NCBI GenBank assembly: GCA_947649365.1 | Contig: CANSRH010000009.1 | Location: 1,417 to 65,416 of the forward strand | Direction: 5' to 3' | DNA: 64,000 bases | DNA from: an uncultured Mycoplasmatota bacterium | Lineage (GTDB): Bacteria > Bacillota_I > Bacilli_A > RF39 > UBA660 | Part shown: in pieces, positions 1 to 11,922 of the stretch | How positions within the stretch are numbered: the stretch's first letter is position 1 | Layout: the number at the start of each line of letters is the position of its first letter | The notes under the pieces: generated by a model | What the model was told of the DNA's origin: nothing | Seen by the model: the letters and a program-made list of their open reading frames with translations, nothing else | Database searches by the model: none | Translations under genes and position numbers: made by a program

Positions 1-142
1 CTTCTTTTGCTTTGCTTGAAACCAAAGAACAATTAATTCACGAATCGCTATTTCTACTGCAGTTTTTGTATTTATAGGAAGAAGATTTTCCACATACAAA
101 ATTTTATGCCACTCATCAATTACACTAATTTCAAAATATTTC
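1..142 (-). CDS. hypothetical protein (partial, runs off window start)
   Basis: ATG at 142..140 lies two codons after the TAG of the 148..378 ORF, in the same frame. The frame stays open to position 1 (MKYFEISVIDEWHKILYVENLL...). No recognisable motif. Confidence 0.25.
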
Positions 143-147
143 ATAAC

Positions 148-378
148 CTATCGCCCTGGAACTACATCGTTTTCTGCAAAACTAAAATCATCATTGGCAA
201 CAGACTTTGTTTTTTCTTTAATACTGTAACCTTTTCTATTAGCAATAGCAAGTTTTCCTTCAAAAGTAAGTTTAGCACGTCTAGCTTCTAAACTACCTGC
301 TGTAAACGTTCTTTTTTCAATATAACAAACCTTATCTTCCTCTAAAACACCTACAAATACATATACAACTTCACACAT
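148..378 (-). CDS. hypothetical 76-aa protein
   Basis: ORF directly downstream of the sigH-like gene. No motif recognised. Confidence 0.35.
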   Translation of the reverse strand: MCEVVYVFVGVLEEDKVCYIEKRTFTAGSLEARRAKLTFEGKLAIANRKGYSIKEKTKSVANDDFSFAENDVVPGR

Positions 379-442
379 AAAAAACCACTCCCCTAACTAA
401 ATAATGTTTATTATTTTATTAAAAAAAGAAACAATTGTCAAA

Positions 443-1066
443 TTACATTTGTTCTTCTCTTTCCTTTAATATTTCTTTAATCTTACCTTTCAAGCGTTGA
501 ATTGCATTGTCTATTTGTTTAGGGGTCTTATGAAGAATTTCCGCAATTTCATGATAAGACATACCAGAAATCAATAACTTATAAACCTCATATTCATTTG
601 TAGATAAAGTCTTTTCAATAAAAGAAATTAACTCATCCAACGTTTCATCCTTAGTAATATTTAACAAAGGATCATTATCACTATGATCACTAATAATATC
701 TTTTAAAGGGATCTCATATTGTTCATAAACATGATCCAAAGAAAGACTTTCCAAAAGAATACGATTTTTCACTCTACCTGCTTTATGAATAATATTCTGT
801 AATCTTCTCTCCACACAAAGCGTAATAAAAGTAGCCATACTTGTATTTTTATCTTCCTTATAAGAATTAAGTGCATCGGAAAAACCTACCAAAGCTTCTT
901 GATACAAATCTTTATATTCAAAACCATACTTCTTCGCATTAAAAGCATATTTTTTGATAACTATATCAATAATATACTTATACTTTTCAAACAAAATATC
1001 CTTTACCTCTTCACTCTCGCAAATCATAGAATAAAGTTCACTATCTGAATACACATCATAATTCAT
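443..1066 (-). CDS. sigH: RNA polymerase sigma factor, SigH-like
   Basis: Region-2-like DLYQEALVGFSDALNSYKEDKNTSMATFITLCVERR and C-terminal HTH MSYHEIAEILHKTPKQIDNAIQRLKGKI. It sits directly downstream of rlmB, as in B. subtilis (yacO-yacP-sigH). Confidence 0.75.
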   Translation of the reverse strand: MNYDVYSDSELYSMICESEEVKDILFEKYKYIIDIVIKKYAFNAKKYGFEYKDLYQEALVGFSDALNSYKEDKNTSMATFITLCVERRLQNIIHKAGRVKNRILLESLSLDHVYEQYEIPLKDIISDHSDNDPLLNITKDETLDELISFIEKTLSTNEYEVYKLLISGMSYHEIAEILHKTPKQIDNAIQRLKGKIKEILKEREEQM

Positions 1067-1076
1067 TATATTTCCC

Positions 1077-1748
1077 CTATCTCATAGCAAAAATCAAAAT
1101 ACCCGCTGCAACACTTGCATTCAAACTATTCACACATCCCGTCATCGGAATACCTACTCGAACATCAGTAATATTTTCTACAACTTTACTAACCCCTTTT
1201 CCTTCATTTCCAATCACTAAAATTTTCTTCCCAGAAAAATCGATTTTTTGATAATCTTCTCCATCCATAAAAGAAGAATAAACAAAATAATTTTGTTTTT
1301 GTAATTTTTTTAAAGCTTCACATAAATTCGATACCATAACAATGCGAACACGGTCCAAAGCTCCAGCACTTGTTTTCATAACCACATCATTAATTCTAAC
1401 ACTTCTATCTTTAGGAATAAGAATCGTTTTTACCCCTGCCGCCTCACAAGTTCTTATAATGGCACCAAAATTATGAACATCTTCCAAATGATCAAGAGCA
1501 ACAACAAAATCATCATCCAAAATAGCATCCAAAGAAAAATAAGAATAATCATCTATTTCTAAAACCACGCCTTGATGATTTCCACTAACCATTTTATCTA
1601 ACTGACTTTTAGGACACAAAAAATAACGAATTCCATTTTCCTTCAAATAAGCAAAAATCTCTTGCTGATGCAAAGTCTGAGAAAGATACACTTTTCGAAT
1701 TTTCTTTGCATCCATATCCATTAAAACATTTTTACCATAAACAAGCAT
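1077..1748 (-). CDS. rlmB: TrmH/SpoU-family 23S rRNA 2'-O-methyltransferase (RlmB/YacO-like)
   Basis: SpoU methylase C-terminal motifs (ILVIGNEGKGVS, SLNASVAAGI), an N-terminal substrate-binding domain, and synteny with sigH. Confidence 0.85.
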   Translation of the reverse strand: MLVYGKNVLMDMDAKKIRKVYLSQTLHQQEIFAYLKENGIRYFLCPKSQLDKMVSGNHQGVVLEIDDYSYFSLDAILDDDFVVALDHLEDVHNFGAIIRTCEAAGVKTILIPKDRSVRINDVVMKTSAGALDRVRIVMVSNLCEALKKLQKQNYFVYSSFMDGEDYQKIDFSGKKILVIGNEGKGVSKVVENITDVRVGIPMTGCVNSLNASVAAGILIFAMR

Positions 1749-1804
1749 AACAATCCCCTCCTAATGAGGACTATTATAACACAAAATAAAAAAACAAAGA
1801 AAAA

Positions 1805-2074
1805 TTATTCTTTATTTTGTATAGGAAATGGCGTATTAGGCCTTCCAAACCCATTTCGAGGTTTTCTTTGATACCCAACATACTTTCCTGAGGAATTTAT
1901 ATCTTTGTTTCCTTTTTTTCTACTCAATGTTCTAGCATAGTCTTCTTCATGACTTTCAAGAGAATAAGTAAAACAAACTTCTGGCAAAAAAGGTTGAGGA
2001 TTTAAAAACAACATAGCTCCTGACTTAACCACTGCAAGAGTCTCTTGATTTCTTTTTAAAACAAATTTTTTCAT
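1805..2074 (-). CDS. hypothetical 89-aa protein
   Basis: ORF with an AAAGG Shine-Dalgarno about 9 nt upstream of the ATG. No family recognised. Confidence 0.3.
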   Translation of the reverse strand: MKKFVLKRNQETLAVVKSGAMLFLNPQPFLPEVCFTYSLESHEEDYARTLSRKKGNKDINSSGKYVGYQRKPRNGFGRPNTPFPIQNKE

Positions 2075-2136
2075 AAATAATACCTTTCTTAATAAATAGT
2101 ATATATAGCTTAAAAATAAACTTCCATTTTGTCAAC

Positions 2137-2160
2137 AAAAAAGGAACAAATACGTTCCTT
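2137..2160 (-). terminator. rho-independent terminator after the yihY-like gene
   Basis: Stem AAGGAAC/GTTCCTT with a 6-nt loop, followed on the minus strand by a T-run. Confidence 0.5.
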
Positions 2161-2262
2161 CTAAGTATTATCCTTCAATATCGTTTAATACCTATTGTAT
2201 TAGATTGATATCAAAACAACCGTGTACCTAATAATACTTGTGTACACAATAATTAATATGAA

Positions 2263-3108
2263 CTATTTTATCACTTTTATTACTCCTGTTTTTTCCAATT
2301 TTATTACTTCCTCCTTGTAATTAAGAGCCATACCAATCACAAAAATATAAGCCAAAAAATAAACCCAAAGCATCAACATCACAATATTCGCAAGGCCACC
2401 ATAAAAAACAGCGTAATTAGCAAAATGATTAATATAATAGGAATACCCAGCTGTAACAATAACCCACATAATTGTCGTAAATATTGCCCCAAAATTGACA
2501 TTCGCACTCGATACCTTTCGATCTGGCGCCATCGTATACAAAATTTTAATAAAGCAAAACATAATAAACCAAGCAATAGGACCTTTAAGCAAGCGAAAGG
2601 CAAAAACCAAAGTATTCGTAATAGCATTATTCATATTCACATACTTAATCATATCAATAATGTTTTGTCCAAACAAAGGAACAATTAAAATAAAGAGAAA
2701 CAAAAAAACAATGAGAATGGTCATCATCATAGCTTTTATTCTACGATGCAAAAAATCAGAATCAGGAATACCATAAATCGCATTGGAAGTAACAATAATG
2801 GATGCCGCTCCATTACTAGCAATATGATAACCTATAAGCAAAGTAAAGAAAAAACGGAAATCAACATTAGAGACTGAAATCATAGGTACAATCAAACTAG
2901 CCACTTCACTCCCAAAAGCTTTTCCAATAAAATTACTAATAAAATCCAAAGATAAATTTAAGAATGATGCTCCATAGGTAATCAAAGTAACAATAGGAAC
3001 AACAGACAAAACAAAAAAGAAGGCCAGTTGTCCAGGAAGAACTGCCATCTCTGGTCTAGAAACTACTTGAATTACTTTCTCTACAAATTCTTTAAATCGT
3101 TTCTTCAT
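2263..3108 (-). CDS. YihY/BrkB (virulence factor BrkB) family membrane protein
   Basis: N-terminal LPGQLAFFFVLSVVPIV signature and multiple TM helices typical of the family. Confidence 0.8.
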   Translation of the reverse strand: MKKRFKEFVEKVIQVVSRPEMAVLPGQLAFFFVLSVVPIVTLITYGASFLNLSLDFISNFIGKAFGSEVASLIVPMISVSNVDFRFFFTLLIGYHIASNGAASIIVTSNAIYGIPDSDFLHRRIKAMMMTILIVFLFLFILIVPLFGQNIIDMIKYVNMNNAITNTLVFAFRLLKGPIAWFIMFCFIKILYTMAPDRKVSSANVNFGAIFTTIMWVIVTAGYSYYINHFANYAVFYGGLANIVMLMLWVYFLAYIFVIGMALNYKEEVIKLEKTGVIKVIK

Positions 3109-5195
3109 TACTTTTCCTCTTTTTTATTCTCTTTTTGTTTTTTAACCTCTTCTACCGCTTCATTAATAGCATCCTCAATGGTTTTAATATCATCCTCTAT
3201 CATACTATAACCAATAGCAGCTCCTTGTTCATAAGGCAAACGTTTAAACTCCTTATTCAATTTATGAATATAACTAATAATTTGTTTCGTTTGGTATCCA
3301 ATCAAATACAAAACAAACTCATTCCCATCTGTCCTTATAATATCACTATTATCCAGTTGTGTTTTCACTAAAATATTAGCGGCCGCTTTGATTTGCTCAT
3401 CGCCCTTTTCATACCCCATGGTATCATTAATATATTGCAAATTATTCAAATCAATCACAATTACTGCTTGTGGATAAATACGATTTTGACTCCAATTTTC
3501 TAAATTTTCAGTCAAATAATTACGATTTTTCAAAGAAGTCAACTGATCAATATACTTTAACTTATCCTCTTTTTTTATCTTTTTAGAAAGTTTTACCTTT
3601 TTTGTCAAACGATACACATACAAGAAAACAAGGACAAACACAATCAAAATATACATAAAATAACGAGCAATCGTTCCTGTGATCGTACCAGCTTTAAAAG
3701 TCAAATCGTAATTATAAATTCCTTTATTGATAGTCACATGAGAATCTTTCATATTCACAAACTTAGTAAATAATTTATTAAATGTTTCATTAGTAGAAAT
3801 TCGAAATGAATAATCCATATTTAATACACTAGAATAACGAATCGTATAATCGTGATACATTCCATGTTGATTTGCTGCATATACATTAGCATCTACAATA
3901 ATAATCTGTTCATCTTTGATTAATTTTTCTAATTCTTTATCTGTTTCATAGGTTTTGATAGTGGCTTTCAAATTTGTTTTTAAATAAGAATACAAAGCTG
4001 AATTTTTTAATACATACACTTCTTCATCTGAAATAGCTTTTAAAGAATGAACAACCATCGGATTCTTTTTAGATACAAGCACATGATAAGAAAGACCAAT
4101 GCCAGAAGGAACAGAATTAAAATTAGCATCTATATCGTAATAACCAAAATAAAGATGAAGTTTATTATTTTTAATAGCATTCTCAAACTTTGTTAAATTT
4201 TTGTATTTTGTAAAAGTTAATTCTGTATTACTAAAATCTGAAAACTCTTTCAAATATTGCGCTATGATACCACCATAATTACCTCCGCTTAAAATTTCAT
4301 AAGGACTATTATTCATAAAACCATATTCATAAGAAACTGCTCGCATGGCATCCACATCTTTTAAAGGAATTTCTAAAGATTTTATATACAAATTAAACAT
4401 ATGATCTTTATAAGAATCATGAAATTGCTCTTCCCAAGAATGAAAATATTTTTCTAAAATGGTCCCAAGAACTACATTATCACTTTTATTGATTTTATAA
4501 TAATAAGGCAAATCGCTATAGTGGCTAACAACAGAATAATCGTTTTTCAAAATTTCTTCCATATAAAGAGAAAGAGGAACAACTATATATTGAATATCAT
4601 TTTGCTTTTGAAAATGATCTAACATTTCTTCTCTTGTTTCAAAGGATTGCAATTGTAAACTAGAAGGATTTATATAAGACTGAACATAAGAAAAATGTTC
4701 TTTCAAAACTCCAATTTTTTGTGTTGTCAAATAAGTCACATTACTTATGTACTCTTGTTTTTTACCAAGTAGCACAAAATGTTCTTCATAAAAAACAAAC
4801 TCTGAGTCCGTTACACTCGTTCCAGCAGTAAAGGAAAGACCTTTAGGATTCTCTCCTAAATTATAAGTAACAGGATTCGTTTTTAATTCATGTTCCTTAG
4901 AAAAATCATCTAAAAAATCAAAGAACACACCTGTTCCATTTTCTCCAAACAAATGAACATTATTTAAAATACTAATATTTTGAACTACACTAGAATTTTC
5001 TGCTAAATAACGTTTTTCTTTTGCTGTTAAACGATTAGGATTGGTAAAATAAAAATACAAGAAAAGACCCAAAGCAACAACAAAAATAAAAATAACCATT
5101 GTAATTAAAATCGATTTTTTCTTACTTTTCATACTATCACTACTCACTATCCGCATCAATTGGGGTATTGTTATTCCAAACCAAACCACTGCCAT
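3108..5195 (-). CDS. membrane protein with large extracytoplasmic domain and C-terminal degenerate GGDEF domain
   Basis: Two TM segments flank a roughly 450-aa domain. The C-terminus reads LTSLKNRNYL...IDLNNLQYINDTMGYEKGD...RTDGNEF. The likely true start is MKSKKK at 5132. Confidence 0.75.
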   Translation of the reverse strand: MAVVWFGITIPQLMRIVSSDSMKSKKKSILITMVIFIFVVALGLFLYFYFTNPNRLTAKEKRYLAENSSVVQNISILNNVHLFGENGTGVFFDFLDDFSKEHELKTNPVTYNLGENPKGLSFTAGTSVTDSEFVFYEEHFVLLGKKQEYISNVTYLTTQKIGVLKEHFSYVQSYINPSSLQLQSFETREEMLDHFQKQNDIQYIVVPLSLYMEEILKNDYSVVSHYSDLPYYYKINKSDNVVLGTILEKYFHSWEEQFHDSYKDHMFNLYIKSLEIPLKDVDAMRAVSYEYGFMNNSPYEILSGGNYGGIIAQYLKEFSDFSNTELTFTKYKNLTKFENAIKNNKLHLYFGYYDIDANFNSVPSGIGLSYHVLVSKKNPMVVHSLKAISDEEVYVLKNSALYSYLKTNLKATIKTYETDKELEKLIKDEQIIIVDANVYAANQHGMYHDYTIRYSSVLNMDYSFRISTNETFNKLFTKFVNMKDSHVTINKGIYNYDLTFKAGTITGTIARYFMYILIVFVLVFLYVYRLTKKVKLSKKIKKEDKLKYIDQLTSLKNRNYLTENLENWSQNRIYPQAVIVIDLNNLQYINDTMGYEKGDEQIKAAANILVKTQLDNSDIIRTDGNEFVLYLIGYQTKQIISYIHKLNKEFKRLPYEQGAAIGYSMIEDDIKTIEDAINEAVEEVKKQKENKKEEK

Positions 5196-5631
5196 TTACA
5201 TTTTTAGCACCCATTATAAGAAATCCTTCACTTGTCTCAGTTGCATTGCTTTTTAACGTAAAATGAAAATCATAAAAATCCAAATACTTTTGTTCAAAAA
5301 ATTGCAAAGACTCTATAGCTCTACTTTGTGCTTCTTCTAAACTTGCCGTTTCTATAAACGTTAAATAAATATAAACAATCTTACCTCGAACCTCTAATTT
5401 AGCATCATTTATAAGTTCATTTTCTTTTATAGAAGAAAGAAAATCATTTTTCATTGTATCTGTTACTTCCACAGTTTCAATACCTTTTAAACGATCCCCA
5501 TAACTTGATTTCGTAGCACCAAAAAAATATTTAAATAAAACCCCTAATATAATAAATGCACAAACAATTATAATAAGAAACAAAACAAATAAAACACGAT
5601 TTTCCATCCATAGTTTTTTTATTTTTTTCAT
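5140..5631 (-). CDS. hypothetical membrane-anchored protein
   Basis: N-terminal TM helix (VLFVLFLIIIVCAFIILGVLF). No known motif. Confidence 0.5.
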   Translation of the reverse strand: MKKIKKLWMENRVLFVLFLIIIVCAFIILGVLFKYFFGATKSSYGDRLKGIETVEVTDTMKNDFLSSIKENELINDAKLEVRGKIVYIYLTFIETASLEEAQSRAIESLQFFEQKYLDFYDFHFTLKSNATETSEGFLIMGAKNVNGSGLVWNNNTPIDADSE

Positions 5632-5715
5632 AGCTCACCTCGTCTATTTAAGATTGTTATCATTATACTACATTCTATACAAGAATGCTAGTTTTTTACA
5701 CAAACAAAAACATCG

Positions 5716-8623
<2,908 letters not shown>

Positions 8624-8648
8624 AAAAACTTTTCCTTTCTAAAAAAAA

Positions 8649-10766
8649 TCAATTCATTTTCTTTAAACTTTTATGATTCTTCATTAATTTCTTAATACCT
8701 ATTTTATTATTAAAAGCAACAGTTACTAACATTTTATCAACCGAAACGACCACTCCACGGCCATACGTATCATGTAACACAACATCTCCATTTTGCCAAT
8801 CAATGTCTTCATTACTATAAACCTTATCTTTATTAAACAAAGGCTTTTCTTCTCTCACACTACTATTCGTCACTTCAAGTAAATCTTCATCTATCTCCTC
8901 AATAAAACGACTCGGAAGATTCATGCTTTCTTTTCCATATAGCATTCTCCGTTTCGCATTTGTTAAATAAAGTAAATCTCTTGCCCTTGTAATCCCTACA
9001 TACATCAGTCGTCTTTCTTCTTCTATTCCATCTGCTTCCATAATAGAATTGGCATGAGGAAAAATTCCTTCTTCCATTCCAATCAAAAAGACAACATCAA
9101 ACTCTAAGCCTTTTGCACTATGAATCGTCATCAATGTTACTGCATCTTCATATTCCTTGTGTTCCGTCATATCTGCAATCAAACTAATCTCTTCCAAAAA
9201 ATCTCCTAAATTCACACTACCCGTTCTTTCTTCAAAAGAAGCAGTGATACTCTTAAACTCCATCAAGTTCTCTAATCGAAGTTCACTTTCCAAAGAAGCT
9301 TCCAACTCCAACTCTTTTTTCATACCAGATTTTTCTAACACGACATCAATTAACTCAGTCAAAGACAAAGATTCACTTTCCTTCATCAATTCCAAAATCA
9401 AATGTTTAAATTCAAGTTCCTTACCCCATGAAATAGCATCAAACATAGAAATTCCATTCGTCATTGCTTCCGTTTCAATACGAGTAATGGTACTCGGTCC
9501 AATTTTTCGTTTCGGTACATTAATCACTCGTCTTAAACTTATTTCGTCATGAGGATTAAGTAACAACCTTAAATAACTAATCAAATCTTTAATTTCTTTT
9601 CGTTGATAAAAATAATAACTTCCAATTACTTTATAAGGTAAGTTAGACTTTATAAACATTTCTTCCACAACACGCGCTTGACCATTCGTTCGATAAAATA
9701 TAGCAATATCGCTTGTTTTGTATCCATCATTTACTAATTTTTTTATTTCTTCAATACACAAAGTAATTTCATGTTTTTCATCATAACTACGAAAATATTG
9801 TACTCTTGCACCAAGCATTTTATTACTACGTAAATTCTTTTCTTTCCTATCCTTATTATTCTTAATAACAGAATTAGCAGCATCCAAAATCATTTTCGTA
9901 CTACGATAATTTTCTTCCAATGGAATAACTTTCGCATTTTTATAATCACGTTCAAAATTTAAAATATTCTTATAATTGGCTCCCCTAAATTGATAGATAG
10001 ATTGGTCTGGATCTCCAACAACAAATAAATTGCTGTATTTTCTTCCAAGTAATTTCGTCATCTTATACTGTACTTCATTTGTATCTTGATATTCATCAAT
10101 TAATATATAAGGAAACTTTTCTTGATAACGATTTAATACTTCTTCATTGTTCGTAAAAAGTTGAACAGGCAAAAGTAACAAATCATCAAAATCAACTGAA
10201 TTATTTTTCTTTAAAACTTGAACATACTCTTGATACACTCGATAAGCGATTTGCTCCGGTTCTGTATTAAAAAACTTTTCAATATCTGAAGCACTCAACA
10301 TCTCATTTTTTATAAAACTAATACGATTTCGAATATAAGAAGGTGCACATTCTTCTTTTGCAATTCCTAAATCTTTCATTATTTTTTTTATTAAACTTAA
10401 AACATCATCACTATCTAAAATGGTGAAGTTTCTTTCCAAACCCAAATGCATATAATTTTCACGCAAAATCCGTACACCAAAAGAGTGAAAAGTTCCTACA
10501 AAAACATCATTATCAGAAACTAACACATTCAATCGTTCGCGCATTTCCTTTGCTGCCTTATTAGTAAAAGTAATTGCCAAAATATTCCAAGAAGGAATTC
10601 CTTCTTCAATCAAATATGCAATACGAGTTGTTAACACTTTTGTCTTCCCGCTACCTGCTCCAGCGATTACCAAACATGGACCATCTTTATGAAGCACCGC
10701 CTCTTTTTGTTGTTCATTCAATTTATCTAAATAGTCCATCATAACCACCCATCCTATAAACAACAT
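8649..10766 (-). CDS. pcrA: ATP-dependent DNA helicase PcrA (UvrD family)
   Basis: Walker A AGAGSGKT, TFTNKAA, DEYQDT and VGDPDQSIY motifs. The likely true start is MDYLDKL at 10739. Confidence 0.95.
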   Translation of the reverse strand: MLFIGWVVMMDYLDKLNEQQKEAVLHKDGPCLVIAGAGSGKTKVLTTRIAYLIEEGIPSWNILAITFTNKAAKEMRERLNVLVSDNDVFVGTFHSFGVRILRENYMHLGLERNFTILDSDDVLSLIKKIMKDLGIAKEECAPSYIRNRISFIKNEMLSASDIEKFFNTEPEQIAYRVYQEYVQVLKKNNSVDFDDLLLLPVQLFTNNEEVLNRYQEKFPYILIDEYQDTNEVQYKMTKLLGRKYSNLFVVGDPDQSIYQFRGANYKNILNFERDYKNAKVIPLEENYRSTKMILDAANSVIKNNKDRKEKNLRSNKMLGARVQYFRSYDEKHEITLCIEEIKKLVNDGYKTSDIAIFYRTNGQARVVEEMFIKSNLPYKVIGSYYFYQRKEIKDLISYLRLLLNPHDEISLRRVINVPKRKIGPSTITRIETEAMTNGISMFDAISWGKELEFKHLILELMKESESLSLTELIDVVLEKSGMKKELELEASLESELRLENLMEFKSITASFEERTGSVNLGDFLEEISLIADMTEHKEYEDAVTLMTIHSAKGLEFDVVFLIGMEEGIFPHANSIMEADGIEEERRLMYVGITRARDLLYLTNAKRRMLYGKESMNLPSRFIEEIDEDLLEVTNSSVREEKPLFNKDKVYSNEDIDWQNGDVVLHDTYGRGVVVSVDKMLVTVAFNNKIGIKKLMKNHKSLKKMN

Positions 10767-10771
10767 TATAC

Positions 10772-10798
10772 AAAAAAAAAGGAACTTTTAAAAGCTCC
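10772..10798 (-). terminator. rho-independent terminator upstream of pcrA
   Basis: GGAGCTTTT/AAAAGTTCC hairpin followed by T9 on the minus strand. Confidence 0.45.
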
Positions 10799-10807
10799 AA
10801 TTGCATT

Positions 10808-11095
10808 TTATAAAAATTCTACAATCTCGTAATTTGCATCAATTTTTTCAACCAAATCAGATAAATCATACTTATTAAAAACATTTACAAAATTACTATT
10901 ATCCATCAAAAACATATCATAAAATTTTAAAAATATATTTTTATAACTTTGAATTCCCATCTGTTTCATTGATTCTATATTTTTAGAAACCAACAAATAG
11001 GAACTAGTTAATTTATCCAGTAGCAAAGGTGGAACATTTGCAGTAAAGTTTTCAATATCCAAGTCACTAAATCCATATTCTAACAAAAACTTCAT
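10808..11095 (-). CDS. hypothetical 95-aa protein
   Basis: ORF abutting the previous gene. Shares a helical pattern with the C-termini of the two upstream proteins. Confidence 0.45.
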   Translation of the reverse strand: MKFLLEYGFSDLDIENFTANVPPLLLDKLTSSYLLVSKNIESMKQMGIQSYKNIFLKFYDMFLMDNSNFVNVFNKYDLSDLVEKIDANYEIVEFL

Positions 11096-11910
11096 TATAC
11101 TTCCTCCTTAAACAAAACATTTTCAACAATTTCAGAAATTTCTAAAGGAGTCAAATTTGTTTTATAAAACAATACCAAAAGCAAAGCATCATTAAAAGTA
11201 ACAGATAAATTTAATTTTGTAATCGTATTAATCGTATTTTTCACTTCTTGAAAAGAATTCACTTCTTTATTGTTGATAACTATTTTCCAGCCATCATCAA
11301 CAGGAAATAAAAATTCTTCACAAATTTTATTTTCCACTTTTTGAAGTTCCAAAGCAATATTGAAATCTTCTTCACCTTCCGTTGCTTCTCCATTTGCTAA
11401 ACGATCTATTAACGTTACATCTTTTAGATATTTTTTTAAAAATTCATTAACATCCAAAATCTCTTCTTCATTCATTTGAATAGCATAATCACTATCTGGA
11501 AGAATACTACTCATAATATAACCATTACTAGTTTTATAACGTGTTCCATCATTTTGACATTGTTTAATTGCATCCAACGCATTTTTTACATTTTTAGGTT
11601 CTGCTATTAATTCTGGATAGCATCTTAAAAAGTCTAACTCATTGATACTGCGAAATGCGTCAATTACCTGTCTTAAATCTGCTTCTTGCACAGCAAAAAT
11701 TCGTAAAACATAAATCCCATTTGCTTTTTGTAGAGGAATCTCGTTTTCTCTTAAAACATCTACAATTTGATTAAATTTATTCTCATCATTTAGTAAAAGT
11801 AAACTTATACCAAACTTAGTAAAACAATCAGAAAATAAACTCATACTTTCTTCGGCATCAGAAATCATATTGCTTTCTTTCAATTTATTTAATATTGTTA
11901 CTATGTTCAT
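11095..11910 (-). CDS. hypothetical 271-aa protein
   Basis: Tightly packed ORF. No motif recognised. Confidence 0.5.
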   Translation of the reverse strand: MNIVTILNKLKESNMISDAEESMSLFSDCFTKFGISLLLLNDENKFNQIVDVLRENEIPLQKANGIYVLRIFAVQEADLRQVIDAFRSINELDFLRCYPELIAEPKNVKNALDAIKQCQNDGTRYKTSNGYIMSSILPDSDYAIQMNEEEILDVNEFLKKYLKDVTLIDRLANGEATEGEEDFNIALELQKVENKICEEFLFPVDDGWKIVINNKEVNSFQEVKNTINTITKLNLSVTFNDALLLVLFYKTNLTPLEISEIVENVLFKEEV

Positions 11911-11922
11911 GAATTCACCCCA

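Noticed and set aside
9157-9552. These are antisense or alternative-frame ORFs inside well-supported genes. Examples are 2379..2627, 2425..2688, 2495..2776, 3135..3371, 5654..5977, 6116..6313, 9157..9552, 12239..12454, 13222..13599, 14867..15079, 15476..15793, 18768..18980, 19246..19581, 20299..20505, 27417..27731, 29021..29247, 33426..33629, 37629..37919, 46642..46972, 47539..47760, 50118..50396, 53199..53381, 58211..58426 and 58904..59095.
   Set aside because: Each is fully nested in or opposite to a gene with clear family motifs. Their translations are low-complexity (I/F/L/K/N/S-rich), as expected from the reverse or shifted frame of AT-rich coding DNA.
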